64,000 bases of DNA. Origin: Chloroflexota bacterium (lineage in GTDB: Bacteria; Chloroflexota; Limnocylindria; Limnocylindrales; CSP1-4). The notes below the pieces were generated by a model. The model ran no database searches, was not told the DNA's origin, and was given only the letters and a program-made list of their open reading frames with translations. Shown in pieces: positions 63,571 through 64,000 of this stretch; positions within the stretch are counted from its first letter, which is position 1; each line of letters opens with the position of its first letter. The DNA lies in contig CANJLL010000002.1 in the NCBI GenBank assembly GCA_947475545.1, forward strand, positions 144,950 to 208,949. The letters run 5' to 3'. A program made the position numbers and the translations under genes.

Positions 63571-64000
63571 GTGGCTCGCGCCAAGCGCACAGATCTTGAT
63601 CGGGCCGACGCTCGTCGTCGCTACCGGGCCGCCATCGCGGCCGATCCCACGACCACCGACGCCGAGACGGGCGAGGAGGCCGGTGCGACCATGCCGACCA
63701 CCCGTCCGGCCGCCCGACCGTCTGGCACCCGTGCCGGCGCACCGCCGATGGCCCCCAGGATGGGGATCGTCGCCGCCGCGCGGGCCGCGTATCGACCCGT
63801 CCACGTCCGGCAGGACCTGCGCGGCCTGCCCGCGCTGGTGCTCCATCGCGCCGTCTGGATCCCGATGGTCCTGGCCGTCGTGTCGATGGTCGCGGCAGTC
63901 ATCACCGGACCCGGCAACCAGGTCGTCTGGTTCGCCTTCACGGTCTTCACGCTCCCGCCGGCCATGGCAGGCGTGTTCATCGCCGGCTTCTTCGCGCCCA
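63571..64000 (+). CDS. Membrane hypothetical protein (partial)
   Basis: AGGAGG RBS then GTG; ARAKRTDLDRADARRRYR followed by hydrophobic segments, open to the window end. Confidence 0.75.
   Translation, partial: MARAKRTDLDRADARRRYRAAIAADPTTTDAETGEEAGATMPTTRPAARPSGTRAGAPPMAPRMGIVAAARAAYRPVHVRQDLRGLPALVLHRAVWIPMVLAVVSMVAAVITGPGNQVVWFAFTVFTLPPAMAGVFIAGFFAP

Overview
High-GC bacterial chromosome segment; the gene set looks Chloroflexota-like (an inference, not a database result). Bases 1-41.7 kb are mostly accessory genes and bases 41.9-64 kb are housekeeping genes (hemW, lepA, PhoB-like regulator, phoU-pstBACS, rpsT, eno-pgk-gap, ROK kinase, nucleoside phosphorylase). The main feature is a probable defence/conflict island at about 16.4-29.5 kb. 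It holds an AT-richer two-gene unit (PD-(D/E)xK nuclease-DUF2075 helicase coupled to a nuclease-less SRA-like protein), an RqlH-like RecQ-PRTase plus DprA pair, four type II toxin-antitoxin pairs, a nonsense-interrupted Mesh1-like HD hydrolase, and a MerR-HTH/vWA/CX5R-phosphatase operon. A second cluster at 8-13.3 kb has mobile mystery proteins A/B, a Fic gene coupled to an adenylate cyclase, and an orphan XRE gene. Other oddities are an S20 with an approximately 165-aa Ala/Lys/Pro tail, a stand-alone cNMP-binding gene inside the pst operon, and a 1231-aa lamin-tail/multi-OB-fold surface protein. No rRNA, tRNA, CRISPR array, integrase or transposase was recognised. All family calls come from motif recognition by eye; no searches were run.
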